In this document: positions 37,746 through 46,105 of the stretch, piece by piece | Layout: the number at the start of each line of letters is the position of its first letter | Numbering within the stretch: position 1 is the stretch's first letter | Assembly: GCA_035285545.1 (NCBI GenBank) | Contig: JAYKGY010000115.1 | Coordinates: forward strand, 1 to 46,105 | Source: Snowella sp. | GTDB lineage: Bacteria > Cyanobacteriota > Cyanobacteriia > Cyanobacteriales > Microcystaceae | Reading direction: 5' to 3' | DNA: 46,105 nt | Notes under the pieces: model-generated | What the model was told of the DNA's origin: nothing | What the model saw: only the letters and a program-made list of their open reading frames with translations | The model's database searches: none | Position numbers and translations under genes: made by a program

Positions 37746-37932
37746 ATGATTCTGATCTTAGAAAATATTCCGACAGAAGAACTATTTAATGCGTCATCTA
37801 CTCACACGAGAAAGTTTATTTGATGTGGATACGTTTCGTTATTCTCTTTTCCACAAAGAAGGGAAAACAACCGAGTTTGATTGGCTGTCTAAATGTTACG
37901 CCAATTTATTAAGGCAATTTGTAGAAAATTAA
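37746..37932 (+). pseudogene. Internally deleted PKHD-type Fe(II)/2OG hydroxylase (PiuC/YbiX-like)
   Basis: N-terminus MILILENIPTEEL joined out of frame to C-terminus RESLFDVDTFRYSLFHKEGKTTEFDWLSKCYANLLRQFVEN*; the catalytic core is absent. Confidence 0.75.
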
Positions 37933-37947
37933 GTGAGGAGCTTTTCT

Positions 37948-40419
37948 GTGAAAAATCAATTGCATTTACAAGTTTTTGGATTTTTGATTGCTGCGAGTTT
38001 ATTCACGGTGCCAGAGGTTTCTGCCCAGGAAATAACTCTCTCTAGAATCATTACTCATCCAGAAATTGCCCAAACTAATCAAGAACTAACAACTATTACA
38101 GGGGTACAGCTTAATCCGACAGAAAAAGGATTAGAGGTCATTCTAGAAACTCCCAATCAATCGGGATTACAACCTTTGATTTTTACTCAAGAAAATACTC
38201 TGATTATTGATATTTTGGATGCGGTTTTAACCCTCCCTGATGGTGATGAATATAAAACGGAAAATCCCAATGATGACATTGCAGAAGTGACGGTAACTCA
38301 ATTGGATGCTCGTTCCATTCGGATTACGGTAACAGGAAAAAATACCGTTCCCACGGCTCAAGTCATGCCTTCTGAGCAAAATTTAGTGTTGAGTTTAACC
38401 CCTTCAACAGAAACGATCAATGCCGCCGAGGACATCGAAGTCGTTGCGACCCAAGAAACTCAAGAGGGCGGTTATGTGGTGCCTGATGTCACAACGGGAA
38501 CCCGTACCGAAACGCCGATTATGGATATTCCCCAGTCCATTCAGGTTGTTCCCCAACAAGTTATTCGAGATCAAGCCGCTATTAATGTTAGAGAAGCCCT
38601 AAGAAACGTAAGTGGCGTAACCCTCTCTAGTACGAGCGGGGGGCGGGGAGAAAGTTTCATTATGCGGGGCTTTAATGCAGAGCAATTCATTAATGGCATA
38701 CGAGATGATTTTTATTCGTCAAGAACTCGAAGGGATTTAGGCAATATTGAACGAATTGAGGTACTCAAGGGGCCTGCTTCTGTTTTATTTGGACAGGCGG
38801 AACCGTCAGGAATCATTAACTTTGTTACCAAACAACCCCTCCTTGAACCCTACTATGATTTCAATTTCACGGCAGGAAGTTATGATTTTTATCGCCCGAC
38901 TATCGATATTTCTGGGCCTTTAAATGAATCTAAAACCTTAGCCTATCGTTTAAATGTTGCCTACGAGAATGCAGGCAGTTTTCGCGATCGCGTTCATACC
39001 GAAAGAATCTTGGTTGCTCCCACCCTTGCATGGCAAATCAGCCCTGATACCAGATTAAGCTTTGAATATACTTACCTTTACGATAAACGACCCGTTGATC
39101 GCGGCTTAGTCGTCCTTAGTGACGATCAAATTCCAGATATTCCCATTGGACGTTATCTCGGCGATCCAACCATCCAAGAACAATTTACCGAACAACGCTC
39201 GACCCTGTACTTTAGCCACAAATTCAATCCCAATCTTTCCCTACGCTCTATCTTTCGTTATACCTATGCCAATGAAGGCGGGCCAGGTTGTACCTTACAA
39301 ATTTTCGGGGGATCGGAGGACGACCGCAACTTCCCCGTCAGTGAATGTATCGGGAATCAAGATTATGAAACCTGGACATGGCAAAACGATCTCATTGGTA
39401 AATTTAATACAGGCTCCGTCAAGCACACCCTACTGTTTGGTACAGAGTATTCTCGACAATCTAATTTTTATGAAGGGGCTTTTCGATCCGCAGGAACCAT
39501 TGATATCTTCGATCCCAAATATGACTTTATTTTTGGTGAATTTGATCCCCCAAGCCTGGGTAATAACAAAGTTAACACTTTTGGGATTTATCTACAGGAT
39601 CAAATTAATTTGTTAGAAAATCTGATCCTCGTTTTAGGTGGTCGCTTTGATACCTATGAAGATGAAGGACAATTTGAGGGTGTGCCCTATGTCACCAATG
39701 CCGATGCTTTTTCTCCCCGTGTTGGCTTAGTGTATCAACCGATTCCAGAAGTTTCCCTGTACGCCAACTTTAGCCAATCCTTTACTCCTGTCTTTGGAAC
39801 TAATATCAACGGAGACCCTTTTGAACCCCAACGGGGAACGGGTTATGAGATCGGGGTTAAGACCGAACTATTGGAGGGTCGTCTGATTTCAACGTTTGCG
39901 CTCTACGATATTACTCTCCGCAATATTCCGACGGAAGACCCCGATAATCCTGGTTTTTCGATTCAAGTGGGATCGCAACGTAGTCAAGGGATTGAATTGG
40001 ATATTGCGGGCGAAATTTTACCTGGCTGGCAAATTATTGCCTCCTATGGTCTAACTAATGCTGAAATTGCGGAAGATAATACCTTTCCTTCTGGCAATCG
40101 CCTTAATAATGTCCCCACCAATACCGCGAGTCTCTGGACAACCTACACCGTTCAAGAAGGAAATTTAAAAGGTTTAGGTTTCGGGACAGGGATTTTTTAT
40201 GTCAGCAATCGGGCAGGGGATTTAGCAAATTCTTTTTATGTTCCTTCCTACACTCTGGTTGATGCCGCAATTTACTACCAAAAAGATCAATTCAGAGCCG
40301 CTTTGAACTTTAAAAATCTTTTTAGCACACGGTATTTTGACGCATCCCAAAGTCGGAGGGTAATTGGGCCTGGCGCGCCCTTTACGGTACTCGGAACGGT
40401 TGGTTTTACATTTAAATAG
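37948..40419 (+). CDS. TonB-dependent siderophore receptor with N-terminal AMIN domain
   Basis: Signal peptide, AMIN-like [17 protein letters not shown], plug ([25 protein letters not shown]), beta-barrel and terminal GFTFK; GTG 37948 follows GAGGAG (alternative 37933). Confidence 0.95.
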   Translation: MKNQLHLQVFGFLIAASLFTVPEVSAQEITLSRIITHPEIAQTNQELTTITGVQLNPTEKGLEVILETPNQSGLQPLIFTQENTLIIDILDAVLTLPDGDEYKTENPNDDIAEVTVTQLDARSIRITVTGKNTVPTAQVMPSEQNLVLSLTPSTETINAAEDIEVVATQETQEGGYVVPDVTTGTRTETPIMDIPQSIQVVPQQVIRDQAAINVREALRNVSGVTLSSTSGGRGESFIMRGFNAEQFINGIRDDFYSSRTRRDLGNIERIEVLKGPASVLFGQAEPSGIINFVTKQPLLEPYYDFNFTAGSYDFYRPTIDISGPLNESKTLAYRLNVAYENAGSFRDRVHTERILVAPTLAWQISPDTRLSFEYTYLYDKRPVDRGLVVLSDDQIPDIPIGRYLGDPTIQEQFTEQRSTLYFSHKFNPNLSLRSIFRYTYANEGGPGCTLQIFGGSEDDRNFPVSECIGNQDYETWTWQNDLIGKFNTGSVKHTLLFGTEYSRQSNFYEGAFRSAGTIDIFDPKYDFIFGEFDPPSLGNNKVNTFGIYLQDQINLLENLILVLGGRFDTYEDEGQFEGVPYVTNADAFSPRVGLVYQPIPEVSLYANFSQSFTPVFGTNINGDPFEPQRGTGYEIGVKTELLEGRLISTFALYDITLRNIPTEDPDNPGFSIQVGSQRSQGIELDIAGEILPGWQIIASYGLTNAEIAEDNTFPSGNRLNNVPTNTASLWTTYTVQEGNLKGLGFGTGIFYVSNRAGDLANSFYVPSYTLVDAAIYYQKDQFRAALNFKNLFSTRYFDASQSRRVIGPGAPFTVLGTVGFTFK

Positions 40420-41260
40420 AGTTTTTATTAGATAGGTCTCCTCCGGTCTCGTAGGAAGAAACTACCCTGCTAATAGGAATACATAAGGGGGTTCCGACAA
40501 CGGGATCGGCAATAATACGGCTTTCTAATCCAAACACGTCTCGCACCAAGGTCTCCGTCATCACGGTTGGCGGCTGGCCTTGGGCATAAATATTGCCGGA
40601 ATTGAGGACAATGAGGTGATCGGCGTAACGACAGGCCTGGTTTAAGTCATGGAGCACCATAATGATGGTTTTTCCCTGGTGGCGGTTCAGATCATGGAGA
40701 AGATCTAAGATTTCAATTTGATGGGCAAGGTCGAGATAGGTGGTGGGTTCATCTAACAGTAAAATTTCGGTGTCCTGGGCGAGGGCCATGGCAATCCAAG
40801 CTCGCTGGCGTTGACCGCCGGACAGGGTATCTAGGGCGCGATCGCCAAAGGGTTGGAGATGGGTGGTAGCGATCGCCATTTCTACCTTTCGTTCATCCTC
40901 CTGAGACCATTGCTGTAACCAGTTTTGGTGGGGATAACGGCCCTGGGCTACTAACTCCCGCACGGTGAGTCCTTCGGGGGCGGCAGGACTTTGGGGAAGG
41001 ATGCCAAGCTGCGTTGCCAGTTCTTTGGTCGGCAGGTGGGCGATCGCCTTCCCTTGCAAATAAATTTTGCCCGTCTTGGGTTTGAGGAGTCGGGCAATGC
41101 CCCGCAACAGGGTAGACTTTCCACAACCGTTGGGCCCCACCAGGGTAGAAACCTTACCTAAAGGAATGGCGAGGTCGAGGTCTTGAATAATTTGATTACC
41201 TTCATAGGCTAAGGTCAGATTATGGGTGGAAATAGCAACAGGTAAAGCAGAATTGAGCAT
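40412..41260 (-). CDS. fecE: Iron-siderophore ABC transporter ATPase (FecE/FhuC)
   Basis: [30 protein letters not shown]. Confidence 0.92.
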   Translation of the reverse strand: MLNSALPVAISTHNLTLAYEGNQIIQDLDLAIPLGKVSTLVGPNGCGKSTLLRGIARLLKPKTGKIYLQGKAIAHLPTKELATQLGILPQSPAAPEGLTVRELVAQGRYPHQNWLQQWSQEDERKVEMAIATTHLQPFGDRALDTLSGGQRQRAWIAMALAQDTEILLLDEPTTYLDLAHQIEILDLLHDLNRHQGKTIIMVLHDLNQACRYADHLIVLNSGNIYAQGQPPTVMTETLVRDVFGLESRIIADPVVGTPLCIPISRVVSSYETGGDLSNKNSI

Positions 41261-41283
41261 TAGCAGTAAATTGGGGAGTCGGG

Positions 41284-42333
41284 TTATTGATTGCGATTGC
41301 GGTAGAGGAGCCAGAGAAAATAAGGTGCGCCAATGATGGCCGTAATCACCCCACAGGGAATTTCAATGGGGGCGAAAAGGAGTCTTCCGGTTAGATCCGC
41401 GAGTTCTACCATGCACGCGCCAATGAGGGCAGCAACGGGAATCAGACCCCCATGGGACGGGCCGACTAATTGACGGGCTAAGTGGGGGGACATTAAGCCA
41501 ACAAAACCAATGTTGCCAGCGGTGGCCACAGCGGAACCGGCCAGGGCGACGGTACAGATTAACAACAGACCCCGAATCCCCTCTACCCGACTACCTAGCC
41601 CCCTGGCGAGATTGTCCCCTAAGTTGAGGGTATCCAACTCCCGGGCCAACAGGATGGTGAGGGGAATAAAGAGGGCTAACCAGGGGAGGAGAGGCAACAG
41701 ATGTTCCAAACTGCGACCATAAACGCTTCCGGTGAGCCACACCAGGGCTTGGCTAACGTTATAGATATTGCCAAAGGTGATCATCAGGCTGGTAAATGCC
41801 CCTGTCAACGCGGTTAAGCCAATCCCCACCAAAATTAGTCGTACTGGTGAACTGCCTTGATTCCAGGCCAGGGTATAAATGGCGATCGCCGCCCCCAGTC
41901 CCCCTAAAAATGCGGCGACGGGCAACCATCCCACCGGCCCATCGGGAAACAAGACAATCAGGGCAACGGCCACCAGACTGGCCCCAGAATTGATACCGAT
42001 AATGCCAGGGTCAGCCAAGGGGTTGCGGGTAAGACCTTGTAAAATTGTTCCCGCCACGGCCAGACCCATGCCCACCAACAAGCCCACCAAGGCCCGGGGC
42101 AACCGTAGGGTATTAATTACAAAGGCATAATCGGGATTATCCGCAAAGCCTAGAATGGTTTTCACTACCGCTAAAGGCGGCACGGGGTATTCTCCTTGGC
42201 TAACGTTGAAGAGCAGAGACATTAAGGCGATCGCCGTCAGCACTAACAGTACTAGAGGGGCCCGGCGATCGATGCGAAAGGAAAGGGCTGTGTTGGGGGA
42301 ACGAAGGGAGAGCCAAGGTTTGAGGGAAGTCAT
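41284..42333 (-). CDS. fecD: Iron-siderophore ABC permease (FecD-like)
   Basis: [30 protein letters not shown] FecCD motifs. Confidence 0.88.
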   Translation of the reverse strand: MTSLKPWLSLRSPNTALSFRIDRRAPLVLLVLTAIALMSLLFNVSQGEYPVPPLAVVKTILGFADNPDYAFVINTLRLPRALVGLLVGMGLAVAGTILQGLTRNPLADPGIIGINSGASLVAVALIVLFPDGPVGWLPVAAFLGGLGAAIAIYTLAWNQGSSPVRLILVGIGLTALTGAFTSLMITFGNIYNVSQALVWLTGSVYGRSLEHLLPLLPWLALFIPLTILLARELDTLNLGDNLARGLGSRVEGIRGLLLICTVALAGSAVATAGNIGFVGLMSPHLARQLVGPSHGGLIPVAALIGACMVELADLTGRLLFAPIEIPCGVITAIIGAPYFLWLLYRNRNQ

Positions 42334-42375
42334 AGGAAGTCAAGAAGTGGCTAGGCAGAGGCGTGGAGGAATGCT

Positions 42376-43389
42376 TTACGTTTTAATCCGCGATCGCGCC
42401 AAATAGATAAAAAAGGGTGCTCCCAGGATCGCCATCACAATCCCCACGGGTAGTTCCTGGGGACGAATGACCCAACGGGCGGCGGTGTCAGCCAGCGAGA
42501 GTAAAATCGCTCCGGCCACCATAGCGTAGGGCAAAATCCAGCGGTAGTCCACGCCCACAAAAAAACGCACCCCGTGGGGCACTATCAAGCCCACAAAACC
42601 AATGGGCCCCGCCAGGGCAACGGCTCCCCCCGCCAGCAGTACAACGGCGATCGCCGCTCCCATTTTCAGCCAGGCGGTTTGCAATCCCAGCCCCAGGGCC
42701 ACATCTTCCCCTAAGCCCATGAGCGTTAGTTGTCGCCCTAGAGTTAGAGATACTAGCAGTCCCGCCGCAATGTAGGGCAACACAGACAGAATCGAGTCAA
42801 GATTGGAACCGGCCAGGGAACCCGCTAACCAAAAGCGAATGTCATCGAGGGTACGCTGGCTGAGAATCAGAACGCCAGAGGTGAGAGAACTCAGTAAATA
42901 GGATAAGGCTGCCCCAGCAATGACCAACTTCAAAGGGGTCAGACCACTACGACCAATAGAACCCAGCCAATAGACCGCAACAGCGGCGATCGCTGCCCCA
43001 CCAAAGGCAAAACCCACGGGAGTCCTGCCGCTACCCCACAAAAACACAGCAAACACCATCGCCAGGGCGGCCCCGGCATTGATGCCCAGAATATCTGGGG
43101 AAGCCAGAACATTGCGAGTTAACCCCTGGGTAATTGATCCCGCCGTCGCCAACGCCGCTCCTACGACTACCGCCAATAGCGACCGGGGCAACCGCACAGT
43201 GCGAACAATGAGGTGTTCGGTAGAACCATTAAACTGAAAAAGTGCTTGCCAAATTGTGCCAGGGTCAATCTCCGCCGCTCCCAGCAGAAGGCTCAGCAGC
43301 AGGCACGCGAAAAGCAGTAAAATTCCAGCCCCTAGCCCCAATAGTAAAAGTGGGTCTCTTTTGGGTCGCACCGAGGACAGTGTTGTCAT
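42376..43389 (-). CDS. fecC: Iron-siderophore ABC permease (FecC-like)
   Basis: RLPR, RNVLASPDILG, FWLAGSL, GPIGFVGL, GAPFF. Confidence 0.88.
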   Translation of the reverse strand: MTTLSSVRPKRDPLLLLGLGAGILLLFACLLLSLLLGAAEIDPGTIWQALFQFNGSTEHLIVRTVRLPRSLLAVVVGAALATAGSITQGLTRNVLASPDILGINAGAALAMVFAVFLWGSGRTPVGFAFGGAAIAAVAVYWLGSIGRSGLTPLKLVIAGAALSYLLSSLTSGVLILSQRTLDDIRFWLAGSLAGSNLDSILSVLPYIAAGLLVSLTLGRQLTLMGLGEDVALGLGLQTAWLKMGAAIAVVLLAGGAVALAGPIGFVGLIVPHGVRFFVGVDYRWILPYAMVAGAILLSLADTAARWVIRPQELPVGIVMAILGAPFFIYLARSRIKT

Positions 43390-43408
43390 GGGCGATCGCC
43401 TCCTGCCT

Positions 43409-43434
43409 CATAATGATAAAGATTCCTATCAATA
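43409..43434. promoter_or_regulatory. Probable Fur box in the divergent fecC/fecB spacer
   Basis: CATAATGATAAAGATTCCT matches 13/19 of GATAATGATAATCATTATC; a second candidate TGAAAAT-T-ATATTCA lies at 43512-43526. Confidence 0.55.
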
Positions 43435-43573
43435 TTATCTTTATAGGGGTTGTAACTGCAAGAAAAATAAGCTTTTTGTGACTAAATTCACTTATAGTAA
43501 GAAAAAATAATTGAAAATTATATTCATCAAGTTAGGAGCAAGCTGAGCTAAACACCAGATCCGATAATTTTTT

Positions 43574-44563
43574 ATGCAAAAACTCGACTTCTTAATGTTG
43601 CTTAAGCTCTCGATTCAAGGCCACTTCAAGCGGATGTATCAACAGATGTTGCTCGGTGGATTAGTCGCCGTTTTAGTCGTTGCCTGCAACTCATCACCGC
43701 CCCCTGCCCCATTCGCTTTAGCGGACTGTCGCACCATTGTTCACGCCGCTGGCGAAACCTGTGTCCCCAATCAACCATCCCGCGCAGTGGTGCTCGGAGT
43801 ACAACCCCTGGCCAATGCTCTGACATTGGGGATCAAACCAATTGGTGCTCAGATCGACTTTGAAATGCCTCCCCCCTACCTCCAGGGACAACTAGAGGGT
43901 ATTGAGCCAGTGGGCACAGCCGTTCAACCCAATTTAGAAAAATTAATGGCTCTGAATCCTGATTTAATCATCGCCATGAATACTTGGGATCTGACCTACG
44001 AACAACTCTCCCCCATTGCGCCTACTGTGGTGGACGACTGGGACGGCTACCCCTCTTGGAAAGATCACTTTAACTTTGTCGCCGAAGCTCTGGGTAAATC
44101 GGTAGCCGCTGAGCAGGTTTGGCAACGCTACGATCGCCGCATTCAAGACCTGAAAATGGCCCTAAGCGACACCTATCAAGACCAAGAAATATCGGTAGTC
44201 AGAATCTGCTGCAAAGTCCTGGCCAGCGATGTTGAAAACTCCTTTAGCGGCATGATTCTTGAGGATGCGGGTCTACGTCGCCCTCCGTCTCAGGGTAAAG
44301 CGGATGGGGGATTGGTCTTCTTTTCTGAAGAATTGCTCAGCGAACTGGATGGAGACATCATGTTTATGATTTTGGACGAGGATGAGGACTCAAAACAGAT
44401 GTTTGAACAACTGCAAAAAAAGCCCCTGTGGAATCAGCTCAATGCCGTGCGGCAAAAACAGGTTTATGTCGTCAATATGCCTACCTGGCGGGGGGGCAAT
44501 CCCCTGGCAGCGGATGCCGTAATTGATGATTTGTTCAAGTATCTGATCGAAAAGAGAACATAG
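43574..44563 (+). CDS. fecB: Iron-siderophore ABC substrate-binding lipoprotein (FecB/FhuD-like)
   Basis: Lipobox LVVAC, HAAGETCVP, PNLEKL..LNPDLI, LSPIAPT, PLWNQLNAV; start could be 43595. Confidence 0.88.
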   Translation: MQKLDFLMLLKLSIQGHFKRMYQQMLLGGLVAVLVVACNSSPPPAPFALADCRTIVHAAGETCVPNQPSRAVVLGVQPLANALTLGIKPIGAQIDFEMPPPYLQGQLEGIEPVGTAVQPNLEKLMALNPDLIIAMNTWDLTYEQLSPIAPTVVDDWDGYPSWKDHFNFVAEALGKSVAAEQVWQRYDRRIQDLKMALSDTYQDQEISVVRICCKVLASDVENSFSGMILEDAGLRRPPSQGKADGGLVFFSEELLSELDGDIMFMILDEDEDSKQMFEQLQKKPLWNQLNAVRQKQVYVVNMPTWRGGNPLAADAVIDDLFKYLIEKRT

Positions 44564-44613
44564 ATTTTTTGTTTTTTCGATCAACTCCCCTGCCCCTCAA
44601 CCTTTCCTGCTCC

Positions 44614-45894
44614 ATGCGTACTTTTACCCGTATTTGGTTTGGTCAACTGGTTTCCACCATTGGCAGCGATATGACCGAGTTCGCCCTCACCCTCTGGGTC
44701 TGGGAAGCGACAGGCTCGGCAACAGCACTGGCACTTATCGGATTTTTCTTTCAACTTCCCCGCATCCCCATTTCGTTGATCGGAGGTCTTCTCGTTGACC
44801 GTTTTAGTCGCAAACAGTTGATGATTCTGGGAGATACCGTTGCTATCCTCTCTACGGTGGGAATTGGGCTGCTGTTTTTTACCAAAAACCTACAAATTTG
44901 GCATCTCTATGGGGCCGCTATGCTTAATGGCGGCTTTGGGCAGATTCAAGGTTTGGCTTACAGTACTTCCATTTCTTCAATGGTGCCGCCGCTCCAACTC
45001 ACGCGAGCCAACAGCATGAATTCAGCTGTTCACTATGGCTCGGCCATTTTTGGGCCAGCCTTGGCCGGATTTCTGTATCCCTCGATAGGATTGATGGGGA
45101 TTCTGCTGATCGATCTCGCCACGTTTGGAGTAGCGATCGCCACCCTACTCTCTGTCCCCATCCCCCAACCGGCTCCCCATCCTCGGACTGAGATCGAGAC
45201 ATGGTTAACCAAACTCACCTTTGGTTTTCGGGAAGTCTGGCGACAATCCAGTTTGCGATCGCTCCTGCTGATTTCGACGGCCTTCTGGTTTTTCCATGAT
45301 TTAGGTGGTGCTATTTATAATCCGATGATCTTAATCCGCACAGATGGCAGCGCTCAGGTTCTAGCTAGTACTGCTTCCGCCGCAGGGATCGGTGGTGTCA
45401 CCGGAGCGATTTTACTCAGCTTCTGGGGTGGGCCGAGGCAACGAGTTACCGGAATGCTGGCTGGCTTCATTGGCGCAGGTTTAAGTAAAACCGTTTTTGG
45501 GCTGGGACGCACACCCCAAATTTGGATACCCGCACAGTTTTGTTCTTCCTTGAATTTTCCCCTACTGGGCAGTTCTGAAAACGCCCTCTGGATGAATTCA
45601 ATCATTCCCGAAAATCAGGGGCGTGTGTTTGCGGCTAATTCCCTCGTGTTTCAGGGAGTGAGTGCGATCGCCACCTTGATCGCCGGGCCCCTCGCAGAGG
45701 GACTCTTTGAACCCCTGATCACCTCTCAGGACAAGCTTCCTTTCCTATCGCCTCTTTTGGGTTCAGGCCCTGGTACGGGGATTTCCCTACTCTACGTTCT
45801 GACTTCTCTTTGCCTAGTGCTGATAGGTATTCTTGGATTTCGCCCATCTCAACTATGGTTAATTGAGAAGCCCACTCCCGATTGCAATCATTAG
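44614..45894 (+). CDS. MFS transporter (MefA/EntS-like)
   Basis: MRTFTRIWFGQLVSTIGS, GLLVDRFSRK motif A, QGRVFA; multi-TM; ATG 44614 preferred. Confidence 0.9.
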   Translation: MRTFTRIWFGQLVSTIGSDMTEFALTLWVWEATGSATALALIGFFFQLPRIPISLIGGLLVDRFSRKQLMILGDTVAILSTVGIGLLFFTKNLQIWHLYGAAMLNGGFGQIQGLAYSTSISSMVPPLQLTRANSMNSAVHYGSAIFGPALAGFLYPSIGLMGILLIDLATFGVAIATLLSVPIPQPAPHPRTEIETWLTKLTFGFREVWRQSSLRSLLLISTAFWFFHDLGGAIYNPMILIRTDGSAQVLASTASAAGIGGVTGAILLSFWGGPRQRVTGMLAGFIGAGLSKTVFGLGRTPQIWIPAQFCSSLNFPLLGSSENALWMNSIIPENQGRVFAANSLVFQGVSAIATLIAGPLAEGLFEPLITSQDKLPFLSPLLGSGPGTGISLLYVLTSLCLVLIGILGFRPSQLWLIEKPTPDCNH

Positions 45895-46023
45895 CTTTAG
45901 TCGGGGGTAAAGATAGCAAAGATCGGATTGACAAGCTCATTTAGGTAGAGACTGAATCAGCAAAAAATCACTCGATTTATACCAAATTAATTTGATTTAC
46001 ATGCAAATAGGTTTCTCGATATT

Positions 46024-46073
46024 ATCCCCCCTAGCCCCCCTTTCAAAGGGGGGAAGCCGTAGGCGGGGGGGAT
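46024..46073. repeat. GC-rich short dispersed palindromic repeat
   Basis: ATCCCCCC...CCCCCCTTT-C-AAAGGGGGG...GGGGGGAT nested hairpins. Confidence 0.6.
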
Positions 46074-46105
46074 TAAGTAAATGCACTGTTTTCTATTGAA
46101 TTTGT

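Larger units (their letters stand above)
1..46105. repeat. Dispersed HIP1 octamer GCGATCGC
   Basis: Many copies across the window (e.g. 2473, 20160, 20926, 34882, 35023, 35164, 35305); sparse in AT-rich accessory stretches. Confidence 0.95.

Noticed and set aside
1..46105. tRNA, rRNA or prophage genes
   Set aside because: No cloverleaf, rRNA-like or phage structural signatures recognised.

Overview
Chromosomal window from a cyanobacterium. The HIP1 octamer GCGATCGC recurs throughout, and chlB, two CemA/PcxA paralogues, xisH/xisI and the 2-oxoglutarate decarboxylase/SSADH TCA bypass are present; a unicellular Synechocystis-like lineage is an inference. Layout: (1) 1-2900, an AT-rich accessory locus with a winged-helix regulator C-terminus converging on a minus-strand run of two tiny glycine-zipper membrane proteins, a DUF1232/YkvA protein and a DUF697-type GTPase, preceded by a 27-bp tandem repeat. 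This is the best candidate for an undescribed system. (2) 2900-31000, mostly core genes (tadA, argF, RND adaptor, pxcL, pcxA, helicase-like protein, priming sugar transferase, chlB, lpdA, gabD, ogdA, PD-(D/E)XK nuclease, ArsB/NhaD transporter, ExoD, hybrid kinase plus response regulator), with a decayed group II intron 3' end and a MITE-like element in intergenic spaces. (3) 31400-33220, mobile debris: an IS4-type fragment, an inverted pair of MITE copies enclosing toxin-antitoxin remnants including a frameshift BrnT-BrnA fusion, and an IS200/IS605 right end. (4) 33200-45900, an iron-siderophore uptake cluster: MORN protein, TonB with HIP1-phased 141-bp repeats, exbBD, an internally deleted PKHD hydroxylase, a TonB-dependent receptor, FecE/D/C/B-like ABC genes and an MFS transporter, with Fur-like boxes. 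All assignments come from motif recognition by eye; no database searches were run.
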